Shown here in pieces: positions 10,009-18,631 of a stretch of 64,000 nt of DNA. The position numbers were made by a program, and so were the translations under genes. The stretch spans positions 180,228-244,227 of the forward strand of contig JARLJW010000111.1 of NCBI GenBank assembly GCA_031290985.1, in the 5' to 3' direction. The notes beneath the pieces are model-generated. The model had not been told where the DNA came from, made no database searches, and saw only the letters and a list, made by a program, of their open reading frames with translations. Source of the DNA: Verrucomicrobiia bacterium (GTDB taxonomy: Bacteria; Verrucomicrobiota; Verrucomicrobiia; Limisphaerales; UBA11358). The stretch's first letter is position 1; every line of letters begins with the position of its first letter.

Positions 10009-11513
10009 CAATGTTCCACCACGCCATTCGTGGCGTCCCAAGTCAGGTAATGCGCCTGGAAATCCTGCCGGGTGCCGCTGCCGGAGGTGTATTCATCATT
10101 CTTGGGCGGTCCGTAATGACCCATGCCGCCGTGGGCGAAATAATAGCTCCACAGGCCGTGCACGTTGTTAACCTGAAAGGTGCCAAACGATGAATCCTGG
10201 ATGTTCAGCGTGCCGTTGGTGTTGCCTGTGAAATCCTGCACATTGGCCGTGAAACCGCCGGATGCCCAGGTATGGACCCACGCGGTGCCGCCATTGTCGT
10301 AGGCGTTGCCCATTTTCGCCTGGGTGCGGGCGTTGTAGTAATTGAGGAGGTTGTTGTCCAGGCTGCCGTTGAAATAATAACCCTCGTACTGTTCCTGATA
10401 AAGATAGCTGGCATACGATGCCTTCTGGCTGCCGCTGGTGGTCAGGACACCCCAGTTGCCGGCTGTGCCGTCCTGCCAGTCGAACCAGCAGGCATGAGTG
10501 ACGTCCGCATAATTGGCGGCGATGGCGTTAAAGGCCGTGTTCAGGTTGTTGTTTTGCACGTTGGTGGAGACGTTTTGCGTATCCCAGCCAAATTCCGTGA
10601 TCATGACTTTCTTGGAAGTGGCGGTGCCTTCGTAATTGGTGAAGGCGGTGCGGACCCAGTCCATGTACTGGAGCAGTTCAGCGGAAGTCGTGGTTGCGCC
10701 CTGATCGATGTAGATGTGTTCGCCGATGGCATCCAGCGGGTAGGTGCTCCAATGGCTTTTGGTGTAGGAAAACGATCCAACAAAGTTGATGCCGACATTG
10801 TAGGTGTCGTCGAGGTATTGTGCGCCGGCGTTTTCGTAACTGTAAATGCCGCCGATGCTGTGGCCGAAAACACCGCCGGACAGGATGGTCACATACTGCT
10901 TGAGGCCGGCGTATTCCAAATCGGCGTAGCTGTTGGCGAGCAACTGGCTGAAGTTGGAGGGATAAATATACGTGCCGCCGGTGAAGAGGGTGCCGTTTTG
11001 CGAAGTCCAGGCGTTCGGCTCGTTCCACAGTTCAAAAATCTGGATGCGGTCGCGGAAATGGCTCACGAGCGGCACCACCGCCCCGGAGCCAAAATTATTG
11101 ATGAAGTTGTTATCGCCATTGCCGCCGGTGTTCTCAAAATTGTTGGAGCACCAGTCGACCTGGCTGCCCGGCCAGGAAGCATAATCGACCAGGCCGATGA
11201 TCTGCAGGCCGGCGGCGCGGGCGTTGTTCACCGCCGTATCGTAATAGCCGAGCATCTTGGCGTTCCAAGTCCGGTTGGTGCCGATCAGCCGAAATTCCAT
11301 GTGGAGGTAGCCGGTCTTGGCCGCAACCAAGCTGGCGGCCTTGGAAGCCGTGAGCAGCGGATTCCCGGAATTATCAATCACCCAGCCGAAATTGACACCC
11401 ATCGGCCCGCCCGCGCGGCACTCGCTGGCAAAACCGAGGAAAAGCATGACGACCGCCGCCAAAACGCCCCGGCGGCAACCGGTCAGGCATGACCAAAATA
11501 GAGGATTTTTCAT
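10008..11513 (-). CDS. Secreted clan GH-A (beta/alpha)8 glycoside hydrolase with C-terminal LGFP-like repeats
   Basis: 501-aa ORF with a signal peptide. Acid/base motif 'IFELWNEPN' and nucleophile motif 'MITEFGW'. C-terminal 'GGMGHYGPPKNDEYTSGSGTRQDFQAHYLTWD' resembles an LGFP repeat, preceded by a weaker second repeat. Confidence 0.7.
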   Translation of the reverse strand: MKNPLFWSCLTGCRRGVLAAVVMLFLGFASECRAGGPMGVNFGWVIDNSGNPLLTASKAASLVAAKTGYLHMEFRLIGTNRTWNAKMLGYYDTAVNNARAAGLQIIGLVDYASWPGSQVDWCSNNFENTGGNGDNNFINNFGSGAVVPLVSHFRDRIQIFELWNEPNAWTSQNGTLFTGGTYIYPSNFSQLLANSYADLEYAGLKQYVTILSGGVFGHSIGGIYSYENAGAQYLDDTYNVGINFVGSFSYTKSHWSTYPLDAIGEHIYIDQGATTTSAELLQYMDWVRTAFTNYEGTATSKKVMITEFGWDTQNVSTNVQNNNLNTAFNAIAANYADVTHACWFDWQDGTAGNWGVLTTSGSQKASYASYLYQEQYEGYYFNGSLDNNLLNYYNARTQAKMGNAYDNGGTAWVHTWASGGFTANVQDFTGNTNGTLNIQDSSFGTFQVNNVHGLWSYYFAHGGMGHYGPPKNDEYTSGSGTRQDFQAHYLTWDATNGVVEH

Positions 11514-11726
11514 GGGTCAGGGTTGGATGTGGATGGTGGTTAGGTTGGTTGATATGGAACGGCGCATTCTTCCACAACCGCCGGGGATGGGTAAGCATAC
11601 GTTTGTATGGATGGAGCAAATGGAAGGCATCAACTGTTCTGGCAACTGTCTCGCAAGGCCAGGCAGATCTTCCGGGGCGACGGCTGGAATCGGGCGGCTA
11701 TAGCAGTTCCAGGCAAGAGGCATGAC

Positions 11727-11842
11727 GCGTCACTTATGCGCACCGTTGTGGTGAACCAGCGCGCGTTGGTTGGCAATCGCGGCGGGCAGAGGACTGCCCG
11801 CCCTGCCTGCCGCGGTGCCAATATTAAGTTTAACTGCCATAT
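11727..11842. repeat. Structured repeat element, copy 1 (core 11768..11842)
   Basis: The 75-nt core is 72/75 identical to 63066..63140. It contains the hairpin GGCGGGCAG-agga-CTGCCCGCC nested in the outer pairings TTGGCA/TGCCAA and CGCGGC/GCCGCG. Confidence 0.85.
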
Positions 11843-11892
11843 GACGCGAACGACTCGGTCACCCGGGCTGGGCGTCGCCTGGCACGTTAATG

Positions 11893-12714
11893 TCAGAGCT
11901 TGATGAAGGCCAACAGATCTTCGTTAACCTGATCCTTGTGCGTGGTACACAAGCCGTGGGGGGCACCCGGATAAATCTTAAGGGTGGCGTGCTGGATGAT
12001 TTTTGCGGACAGCAGCGCGGAATTGGCGATGGGGACGATCTGATCGTCGTCGCCATGCAGGATGAGCGTGGGCACATCCATCTTTTTCAAATCTTCGGTC
12101 AGGTCCGTTTCGGAAAAGGCCTTGATGCAAAAATAGCCGGCCGGGAGACCGGCCATCATGCCCTGCAACCAGAAAGAATTTCGCACCCCTTCCGAAATCT
12201 TCGCACCCGGACGGTTATAGCCATAGAACGGCAGGGTGAGGTCCTTAAAAAATTGCGAGCGGTCGGTGATCACGCCGGCGCGAATTCCGTCGAACACCGC
12301 GAGGGGAAGCCCGCCGGGATTGGCGTCGGTTTTCAGCATCAGCGGCGGGATGGCACCGATCAACACCGCCTTGGCCACGCGCTGGGATCCGTGACGACCG
12401 ATATAGCGGGCGACTTCCCCGCCGCCGGTTGAATGACCAACATGGATCGCATCTCTCAAATCAAGCTGCTGAACCAGTTCCGCCAAGTCATCCGCGTAAG
12501 TGTCCAGATCGTTGCCCTGCCAGGGCTGGCTGGAGCGCCCGTGACCGCGCCGGTCGTGAGCGATGACGCGGCAGCCGCGCGAGGCCAGAAAGAACATCTG
12601 GTCCTCGAACGCGTCCGCGCTCAGCGGCCAACCGTGACTGAATACGACGGGCTGGCCCGCGCCCCAGTCTTTGAAGTATATTTGGGTTCCATCCTTGGTG
12701 GTCATGGTGTTCAT
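11893..12714 (-). CDS. Alpha/beta hydrolase, non-haem chloroperoxidase/arylesterase type
   Basis: 273 aa. '[34 protein letters not shown]', nucleophile elbow 'GHSTGG', C-terminal 'PHGLCTTH'. Confidence 0.9.
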   Translation of the reverse strand: MNTMTTKDGTQIYFKDWGAGQPVVFSHGWPLSADAFEDQMFFLASRGCRVIAHDRRGHGRSSQPWQGNDLDTYADDLAELVQQLDLRDAIHVGHSTGGGEVARYIGRHGSQRVAKAVLIGAIPPLMLKTDANPGGLPLAVFDGIRAGVITDRSQFFKDLTLPFYGYNRPGAKISEGVRNSFWLQGMMAGLPAGYFCIKAFSETDLTEDLKKMDVPTLILHGDDDQIVPIANSALLSAKIIQHATLKIYPGAPHGLCTTHKDQVNEDLLAFIKL

Positions 12715-12908
12715 AGTTTTTCCTTTTTTGTTGGTTTGTTGCCGGGCCAGGCAGGCTCCATATCAGCGGAGCCTGTCGCCAACGGCAAAGCGGTTTCGGG
12801 TTGATAGATGCAGCACTGCCGGTCAAAAAAATTGCGGCGAGACAGGTTGGCGTTCACATTTATGCCGGGTGTTTTATGCATTCACCATGGTTGTTCGCCT
12901 GCCGGCCA

Positions 12909-14009
12909 TCATGGGCGACCGGCCCCACGCTCCGGCCAGAGATAGAGAAAAATGGCCGACGACACGGCCAGGCCGAGGATTATGCCCACGAGCCGGTCGC
13001 GAATCGTGGTGAAATTCACCTCCGGCCCGAAACCTTGAAAGATGCACATGAAAAATGCGAGCGCGATCTGCAGTCCCGCGTAGGCGATTCGTTCGCCGCC
13101 CGCCGCGACCCAGCCCGCCAGCGCCGCGCCCGCCGCCGCAAGCAACGCCAGCGACAGGATGCTTTCCATGTGCGGAATCAAAAAAAGGATCGAAAGAAAA
13201 CCGAGCGTGCCGCCGACCAGGCAACCCGCCAGCCGCAGCCAGCCTTTGCGAATGGTCGCCGTGGTGCTTTCCAGCGCGATGAAACAGCAGGTGATAAACG
13301 CCGTGTGGATGCCCGGCCAGTCGACGCCCATATAAATCACATAGCAGCTCATCGCGGCAAGCGTGACCTTCAACGCGAAGCGCGGGTAGTCCGGGTTCGT
13401 GAAAGCATCGGCGACGAACAATCCGTGTTTGTTTTTTCCCCCGCCGTGGGCCGGCGGGCGATGACTTTTCACGTCCGGCATCAAAGTTTGGCTGACCATG
13501 ACGGTGAGCACGCCGGGAAAGACCACGAACACCCAGGTCCAAAGCAGCGCGCGCACAAGCGCATCGGCATCGGGAGCGGATTCGGCCATGCTTTGCGTCA
13601 GCGCGACGATGAACCCGATGGCGAAGCCCAGCGGGCCGATCACCGACACGCGCGACAAGAACATCCCGAAAAAAATGGTCGCCGCCATGACGGGAATCCG
13701 CAGCTCGGCGTAATCAAAAGTAAAGCGGTAGAGCAGCAGGCTCAGGCCAACGCCAAGCGTCGCCCCGACGAGCAAGCCAATGCCGGTGCGCAGCGTCAGC
13801 GCCGGATTTTCCTTGGACACAAAAAAAACCATGTAGGCGGAGACCGCCGTTTCGGGCGTCTGCCAGGCCATGGAGATGATGGTGACGATGACGACCGTGG
13901 CGACCATGCGCAGCGTCCGCACCCCGCGGCCGGGGAAAGGCGCCAGTTCGCAGCGCAGCCAGGGCCACCAGCCGGCGGGCGGCGCGGAATTTTCCGTGAC
14001 GGCATTCAT
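12909..14009 (-). CDS. FUSC/MdtO-like inner-membrane efflux component (short, 366 aa)
   Basis: Two blocks of TM helices, and the core 'FALKVTLAAMSCYVIYMGVDWPGIHTAFITCCFIALESTTATIRKG' is typical of FUSC proteins. It lies downstream of the HlyD, DUF1656 and OMF genes in one operon. Confidence 0.75.
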   Translation of the reverse strand: MNAVTENSAPPAGWWPWLRCELAPFPGRGVRTLRMVATVVIVTIISMAWQTPETAVSAYMVFFVSKENPALTLRTGIGLLVGATLGVGLSLLLYRFTFDYAELRIPVMAATIFFGMFLSRVSVIGPLGFAIGFIVALTQSMAESAPDADALVRALLWTWVFVVFPGVLTVMVSQTLMPDVKSHRPPAHGGGKNKHGLFVADAFTNPDYPRFALKVTLAAMSCYVIYMGVDWPGIHTAFITCCFIALESTTATIRKGWLRLAGCLVGGTLGFLSILFLIPHMESILSLALLAAAGAALAGWVAAGGERIAYAGLQIALAFFMCIFQGFGPEVNFTTIRDRLVGIILGLAVSSAIFLYLWPERGAGRP

Positions 14010-14012
14010 GAA

Positions 14013-15092
14013 TCATTTAATCGTGGCCACGGCGGAGGCGCCCATCCGGAACAATTCAGGATCGGGATTTTCGATTTCAATCCGCACCGGAAAACGCTGG
14101 GCGATGTGAACCCAGTTCAGTTCGCGCCGGACCAACGGCAGCCCGTGCGGGAGGTCAATTTCGCCCGCCGGCTCAACCGCCCAGCCCAGGCCCTGCACTT
14201 TGCCGGTGTAATGATGATCGGGGGCAGACGGCAGATAAACGTCCACCACCGCGCCCGTGGTGAAGTGGCGCAGCTCGCCTTCGCGGAAATTGGCGATGAC
14301 ATACCACTTGCGCGTGTCGAGCAGCGAGAACACCGGAACGCCAAGACTCGCATTGGCCCCGGCGGAAAGGTTCAGGTTGATGACGCGCCCGGAAAACGGC
14401 GCGGTGACCTTGCAATAAGAAAGCTCCAGCGCGGCGAGGTCAACGGCGGCGACGGCGGCTTCGCGTTGCGCGAGCAACGCGGCCAGACCGCTTACGGTCG
14501 TCTTCGCTTCATTCAAGCGCTGTTGTTCGGCGGCCAGCGACGCGGCGGCGACCCGGCCGGCCGTCTGCGCCTTGTCCACGGTGTCCGCCGTGGCGAATCC
14601 CTTCGGCAACAACGGTTGCAGGCGCTGCAAGGTGTTGGTGGCCTGGGCGAATTCGGCTTCGGCACCGGCCACGCCCGCTTCCGCGGCCTTGATTTGAAAT
14701 TTCAACTCCGCGTCATGCGCGCGGGCGACTTCGATTTGCTGGTCCAGCGTGGCCAGGTCGGCTTTCGCCTTGGCGAGCACGAGCTGATAATCTTCCGGAT
14801 CGATCTCAAACAACACATCGCCCGCCTGCACTGCCTGGTTGTCCTGCACGTTCAGTTTGACGATCTGGCCGTGGGCGCGCGGCACGATGCCCACGACGTT
14901 GGCGCGCACCACCGCGTCGTCCGTGCGCGGATGGCGTTCCTTGACCTGCCAGACCCAAAGCGCCAGCACCAGCGCGCCAAAGACGGCGCCGACGCTCACC
15001 AACTGGGCGGCCAGCTTGCGCCAATCACCGGCGCGGGGGGAAGGGCGGGCGGGCACGTTTTCCGCCGGCGGCGTGGTTGGGGAATCACTCAT
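14013..15092 (-). CDS. HlyD-family membrane fusion protein (MdtN/AaeA-like)
   Basis: 359 aa with an N-terminal TM helix. Lipoyl-like 'VKLNVQDNQAVQAGDVLFEIDP', a coiled-coil segment, and 'YCKVTAPFSGRV'. Confidence 0.9.
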   Translation of the reverse strand: MSDSPTTPPAENVPARPSPRAGDWRKLAAQLVSVGAVFGALVLALWVWQVKERHPRTDDAVVRANVVGIVPRAHGQIVKLNVQDNQAVQAGDVLFEIDPEDYQLVLAKAKADLATLDQQIEVARAHDAELKFQIKAAEAGVAGAEAEFAQATNTLQRLQPLLPKGFATADTVDKAQTAGRVAAASLAAEQQRLNEAKTTVSGLAALLAQREAAVAAVDLAALELSYCKVTAPFSGRVINLNLSAGANASLGVPVFSLLDTRKWYVIANFREGELRHFTTGAVVDVYLPSAPDHHYTGKVQGLGWAVEPAGEIDLPHGLPLVRRELNWVHIAQRFPVRIEIENPDPELFRMGASAVATIK

Positions 15093-15098
15093 AAGATT

Positions 15099-15368
15099 TC
15101 AGCCTTTGAAAAAAACCAGCCAGACGGCCAGGGTGAAAAAAACCGCCAGGCAGGGATAAACGACCGGTTTGCGCCACAGGTGGGCGTCAATTCCCAGGCC
15201 GATCAACAACAGCCGCGCCATAATTGTGAGGATCAGGCCAATGACCAGGCACGCCATCCACGCCGGAAAATACGAGCCAAAAACGTCCAACGTCGGCCCG
15301 CGGGCGCAGCCGCCCGGCAAAAAAATTGCGGACAGGAGAATGAATTTTGGAGCGGGGGCCGGCATCAT
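15099..15368 (-). CDS. DUF1656-like small membrane protein (AaeX-like)
   Basis: 89 aa with two TM helices. 'FGSYFPAWMACLVIGLIL' and 'HLWRKPVVYPCLAVFF' resemble AaeX. Its start overlaps the OMF stop (15365-15368). Confidence 0.65.
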   Translation of the reverse strand: MMPAPAPKFILLSAIFLPGGCARGPTLDVFGSYFPAWMACLVIGLILTIMARLLLIGLGIDAHLWRKPVVYPCLAVFFTLAVWLVFFKG

Positions 15369-16906
15369 CTTGGGATTGGGTTGGCGGAAACCGGTTGCGC
15401 GAGACCGCCAATGCTCAAGGCCAGCGCGGTCCGGCTGGTGAAGATTGCGGCGCGCGTGTCCACCATCACGCCGCGGGCGACGGCGAGGTTGCGCTGCGCG
15501 TTCACCACGTCCACATAAGTGCCGAGACCCTGGCGATAAGCCTCCAGCGAAGCATCAAACGCGCCTTGCGAGGCGGACAGCAATTTTTCGGCGGAGTCCT
15601 GTTGATAAAACGCCGTCTTGAAATCAGTGTAGGCCTTCCATACTTCGCGAACGACCTGGTCACGCGCGCCGGCCAGTTCGCTTTCCGCGGCGTTCAATTC
15701 CGATTCCGCGATGGACAATTTTTTGGTGCGGGCGAAGCCGTCGAAAATCGGCAAATCAATGGCGAGGCCGACACCATAGACCCGTTCGTTGCCGCCAAAA
15801 AACGGCGAACTGCCGGCCCGGACATCCAGTTCGGAAATTCCGGCCTTCGCGCCGAGGGAGACCTTGGGATAATACTCCGCGCGGACTTTTTTGATTTCCG
15901 CGCGGCTGGCGCGGACATCGGCGAGCCGGGCCACCAAATCCGGGCGTTGGGACAGTGCGCGGTCCATCAGTGCGGCCAACGAATCATCAAGATTTTCGGC
16001 GGGCAGTTTTTCCGGCGCCGCCGCCACCTGCAATTTTGTCGTCGGCATAATGCCGAGGCTTTCCCCCAGCGCCACCCGGGCGTCGCCCAATCCGCCGCGG
16101 GCCGCTGCGAGGTCAAACGCGGCCTGGGCTTCCTGCTGCTCCGCCTGCAAGGCTTCGGGCTTCGTGGCGAGTCCGTTCGTCAGCCGCAACTGCGCCGCCT
16201 CGGCGACGGTCTGCGCCGCGGACAACGAGCTTTCCGCCGTTGCGACTTTCTGGCGCGCGGCATCAAATTCATAAAACCGTTGCGTCACATCAAAGACGAT
16301 CTTCTGGTGGATGGCATTGAAGCTGACATTGGCCATCATCAATTTTTCCCGCGCCTCGGTGACCGCGGCCTTCCGTTCGCCGAAATCAAACAGCAGCCAT
16401 TTCAAATTGAGCGCCCCGCCTTCCGCGGCCGCCTCGGTGGTCAGAGTGCCGCCGCCCTTGATGGAAACAGCGGTGGGGGCCGGGCCGAGCTGAAGTTCTG
16501 GAAAAGGGACAAACGCGCGTTCGTAACCCGCCGCCGCCGAGGCCGCGAGGTAGGGGTAATAGGTGCTTTGAGCGAGTCCGACCGCCGCCGCCGCCTGCCG
16601 GGCGCGCTCCCAGGCCCCGCGCGTTTCGGGATGGCTGCGCTCGGCCAAGTCGATCAGCGCCGGCAAATCGTAAATTTTTTCTGAATCCACCGCGACCCGC
16701 GAGGCATCGGAATGGGTTTGCAGGCTGGCGAGTTCCTGTTCGTATTCACCGAGCCGAGGTGGATTCCATGCCTGGTCAGGCGATGAGGGCGCATAGTCCC
16801 CGCCAAAAAGAGGCAAGCCAACGAAAAGCATCAATAATGCGCCGATCATTTGCAGGGGCACAGTCCCCCACATTTGGCTGAAAACGGAACGGCGATGCGA
16901 CCTCAT
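15365..16906 (-). CDS. Outer-membrane efflux factor (TolC/NodT family)
   Basis: 513 aa. Two OEP repeats with typical 'A..RV..A......TNGLATKPEALQAEQ' helices. It is the first gene of the efflux operon. No lipobox cysteine is visible. Confidence 0.9.
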   Translation of the reverse strand: MRSHRRSVFSQMWGTVPLQMIGALLMLFVGLPLFGGDYAPSSPDQAWNPPRLGEYEQELASLQTHSDASRVAVDSEKIYDLPALIDLAERSHPETRGAWERARQAAAAVGLAQSTYYPYLAASAAAGYERAFVPFPELQLGPAPTAVSIKGGGTLTTEAAAEGGALNLKWLLFDFGERKAAVTEAREKLMMANVSFNAIHQKIVFDVTQRFYEFDAARQKVATAESSLSAAQTVAEAAQLRLTNGLATKPEALQAEQQEAQAAFDLAAARGGLGDARVALGESLGIMPTTKLQVAAAPEKLPAENLDDSLAALMDRALSQRPDLVARLADVRASRAEIKKVRAEYYPKVSLGAKAGISELDVRAGSSPFFGGNERVYGVGLAIDLPIFDGFARTKKLSIAESELNAAESELAGARDQVVREVWKAYTDFKTAFYQQDSAEKLLSASQGAFDASLEAYRQGLGTYVDVVNAQRNLAVARGVMVDTRAAIFTSRTALALSIGGLAQPVSANPIPR

Positions 16907-17190
16907 TTCGCGGAAAATATGTCAGAGTGCTCCATAATTTCCACTAGATTTTGTTTTTGGCGGGGCAAGATTTGACTGGTTATTGCGGTAACCAAATCAT
17001 TACCAAGCCTGTCTGCTTGGCAGCGCAAGCGTTGCCTTACAGCTTCATGGCAAAGGAATCTTGCGGCGCGACTGTTAGCGAGGGGCGGCCTCGGCCTTCC
17101 AGTTAAGACCAAGGCACCATCCCCTAAAACACCACCCCCCATACAAAAAGACGCTACCGGGTCCCTTGGAATCGGGCTTACCTTACGGTC

Positions 17191-18582
17191 ATGATCAAAT
17201 TGCCCCCGGCACAGTTCACGCTGGCCTGCTGCGCCCTCGTGCTGGAGACCTGTGTGTTTTCGACCGTGGCGGCCCCGGCGGCGGGACCGGCCCGGCCCAA
17301 TGTCCTCGTCTTCCTGACGGATGACCAAGGGAGCGTGGATGCGGGCTGCTATGGCGCGAACGATCTGGTCACCCCGGGCGTGGATGCGCTGGCGGCGCAC
17401 GGCGTGCGGTTCACGCAATTTTATTCGGCCGCGCCGGTGTGTTCGCCGTCGCGCGCCGGGTTGCTGACGGGACGTTATCCGTGGATCGCGGGCATGCCCA
17501 ACAATGCGCCCGCACCGCCGAGCGAGGCGGATGACGCGCTCGACACGCTGACCGGCGGCGGATTGCCCGCGAGTGAAATCACCCTGGCCGACATGTTCCG
17601 CGCCGCAGGCTATTCGACTGCGCACATCGGCAAATGGCATCTTGGGTCGGGCGCGGGCCACAAGCCGCTGGATCACGGCTTTGATTATTCCTTCGGTTTC
17701 ATGGGCGGGTGCATCGACAACTACACGCACTTTTATTACTGGGGTGGCGACAACCGCCATGACCTGTGGGAAAACAACCAGCGCGTGCGGCTGCCGGGAC
17801 AGTATTTCCCCGACCTGATGATCCAAAAGGCGGAGGCGTTCATCACGAGCCATCGCGACCGGCCGTTCTTCATGTATTTTGCGATCAACCTGCCGCACTA
17901 CCCGTATCAGGGTGATCCGAAGTGGATCAAATATTACGAGGACCATCACCTGCCCTATCCGCGCGACATCTACGCGGCGTTTGTCACCACGCTGGATGAG
18001 CGCGAGCAGCAGTTGATGAAATTTCTCGATGACGCCGGCCTGCGCACGAACACGATTGTGATTTATCAATCGGACAACGGGCATTCGGCGGAAGAGCATG
18101 CGCATTATGGCGGCGGCAGCGCGGGCCCGTATCGCGGGGCGAAGTTCAGCCTGTTCGAAGGCGGCATCCGCCTGCCGGCGATCATCTCCTGGCCCGGGCA
18201 TCTGCCGGAAGGCGAAGTGCGGTCGCAGGTGGCCCATGGCTGCGACTGGATGCCCACGCTGGCCGAGTTGTGCGACGTGGCGCTGCCCAAGGCGGCCTTG
18301 AATGGGCGCAGCCTCGTGCCGGTGATCCGCTCGGGCGAGGCCTCAAGCCCGCATGATTTTTTGCAGTGGGAACTCGGCGACCAGTGGTCGGTGCGGCAGG
18401 GTGATTGGAAATTGTTGCACGATCCCTACGACCCGACCGCCACCAACAAGATCGACCTGGTCGACCAGCACTGGTTCCTGAGCAATGTCGCGGATGATCC
18501 CGGCGAACGCACCAACCAGGCGGCGGCGCATCCGGAAATCGTCGCGCGGTTGAAAAAGCTGAAGCCTGCCGGTGGCAAGTGA
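17191..18582 (+). CDS. Sulfatase (arylsulfatase A family)
   Basis: 463 aa with a signal peptide. 'NVLVFLTDDQG' and the formylglycine motif 'CSPSRAGLLTGRYP'. Confidence 0.92.
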   Translation: MIKLPPAQFTLACCALVLETCVFSTVAAPAAGPARPNVLVFLTDDQGSVDAGCYGANDLVTPGVDALAAHGVRFTQFYSAAPVCSPSRAGLLTGRYPWIAGMPNNAPAPPSEADDALDTLTGGGLPASEITLADMFRAAGYSTAHIGKWHLGSGAGHKPLDHGFDYSFGFMGGCIDNYTHFYYWGGDNRHDLWENNQRVRLPGQYFPDLMIQKAEAFITSHRDRPFFMYFAINLPHYPYQGDPKWIKYYEDHHLPYPRDIYAAFVTTLDEREQQLMKFLDDAGLRTNTIVIYQSDNGHSAEEHAHYGGGSAGPYRGAKFSLFEGGIRLPAIISWPGHLPEGEVRSQVAHGCDWMPTLAELCDVALPKAALNGRSLVPVIRSGEASSPHDFLQWELGDQWSVRQGDWKLLHDPYDPTATNKIDLVDQHWFLSNVADDPGERTNQAAAHPEIVARLKKLKPAGGK

Positions 18583-18631
18583 GCATATTTGACTCGCAAC
18601 CACGCGGTGAAAAGTCCATTTCTCTTAAGAA

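Noticed and set aside
11517-11560. GGATG-containing cluster (ttggatgtggatggtggttaggttgg) just upstream of the GH-A gene start, as another heptamer array
   Set aside because: The two GGATG cores are 6 nt apart, not 7, and the remaining units are too degenerate. There is no reliable periodicity.
12752-12775. Hairpin CAGGCTCC-atatcagc-GGAGCCTG downstream of the efflux operon as a terminator
   Set aside because: It has an 8-bp stem but no U-tract on the minus strand. It is plausible but unsupported, so it is not listed as a feature.
12801-15518. 905-aa ORF on the + strand spanning the efflux operon
   Set aside because: It is antisense to four well-supported minus-strand genes (FUSC, HlyD, DUF1656, OMF). 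The translation is Arg/Gly/His/Asp-rich with no motifs. This is a typical shadow ORF of a high-GC genome.
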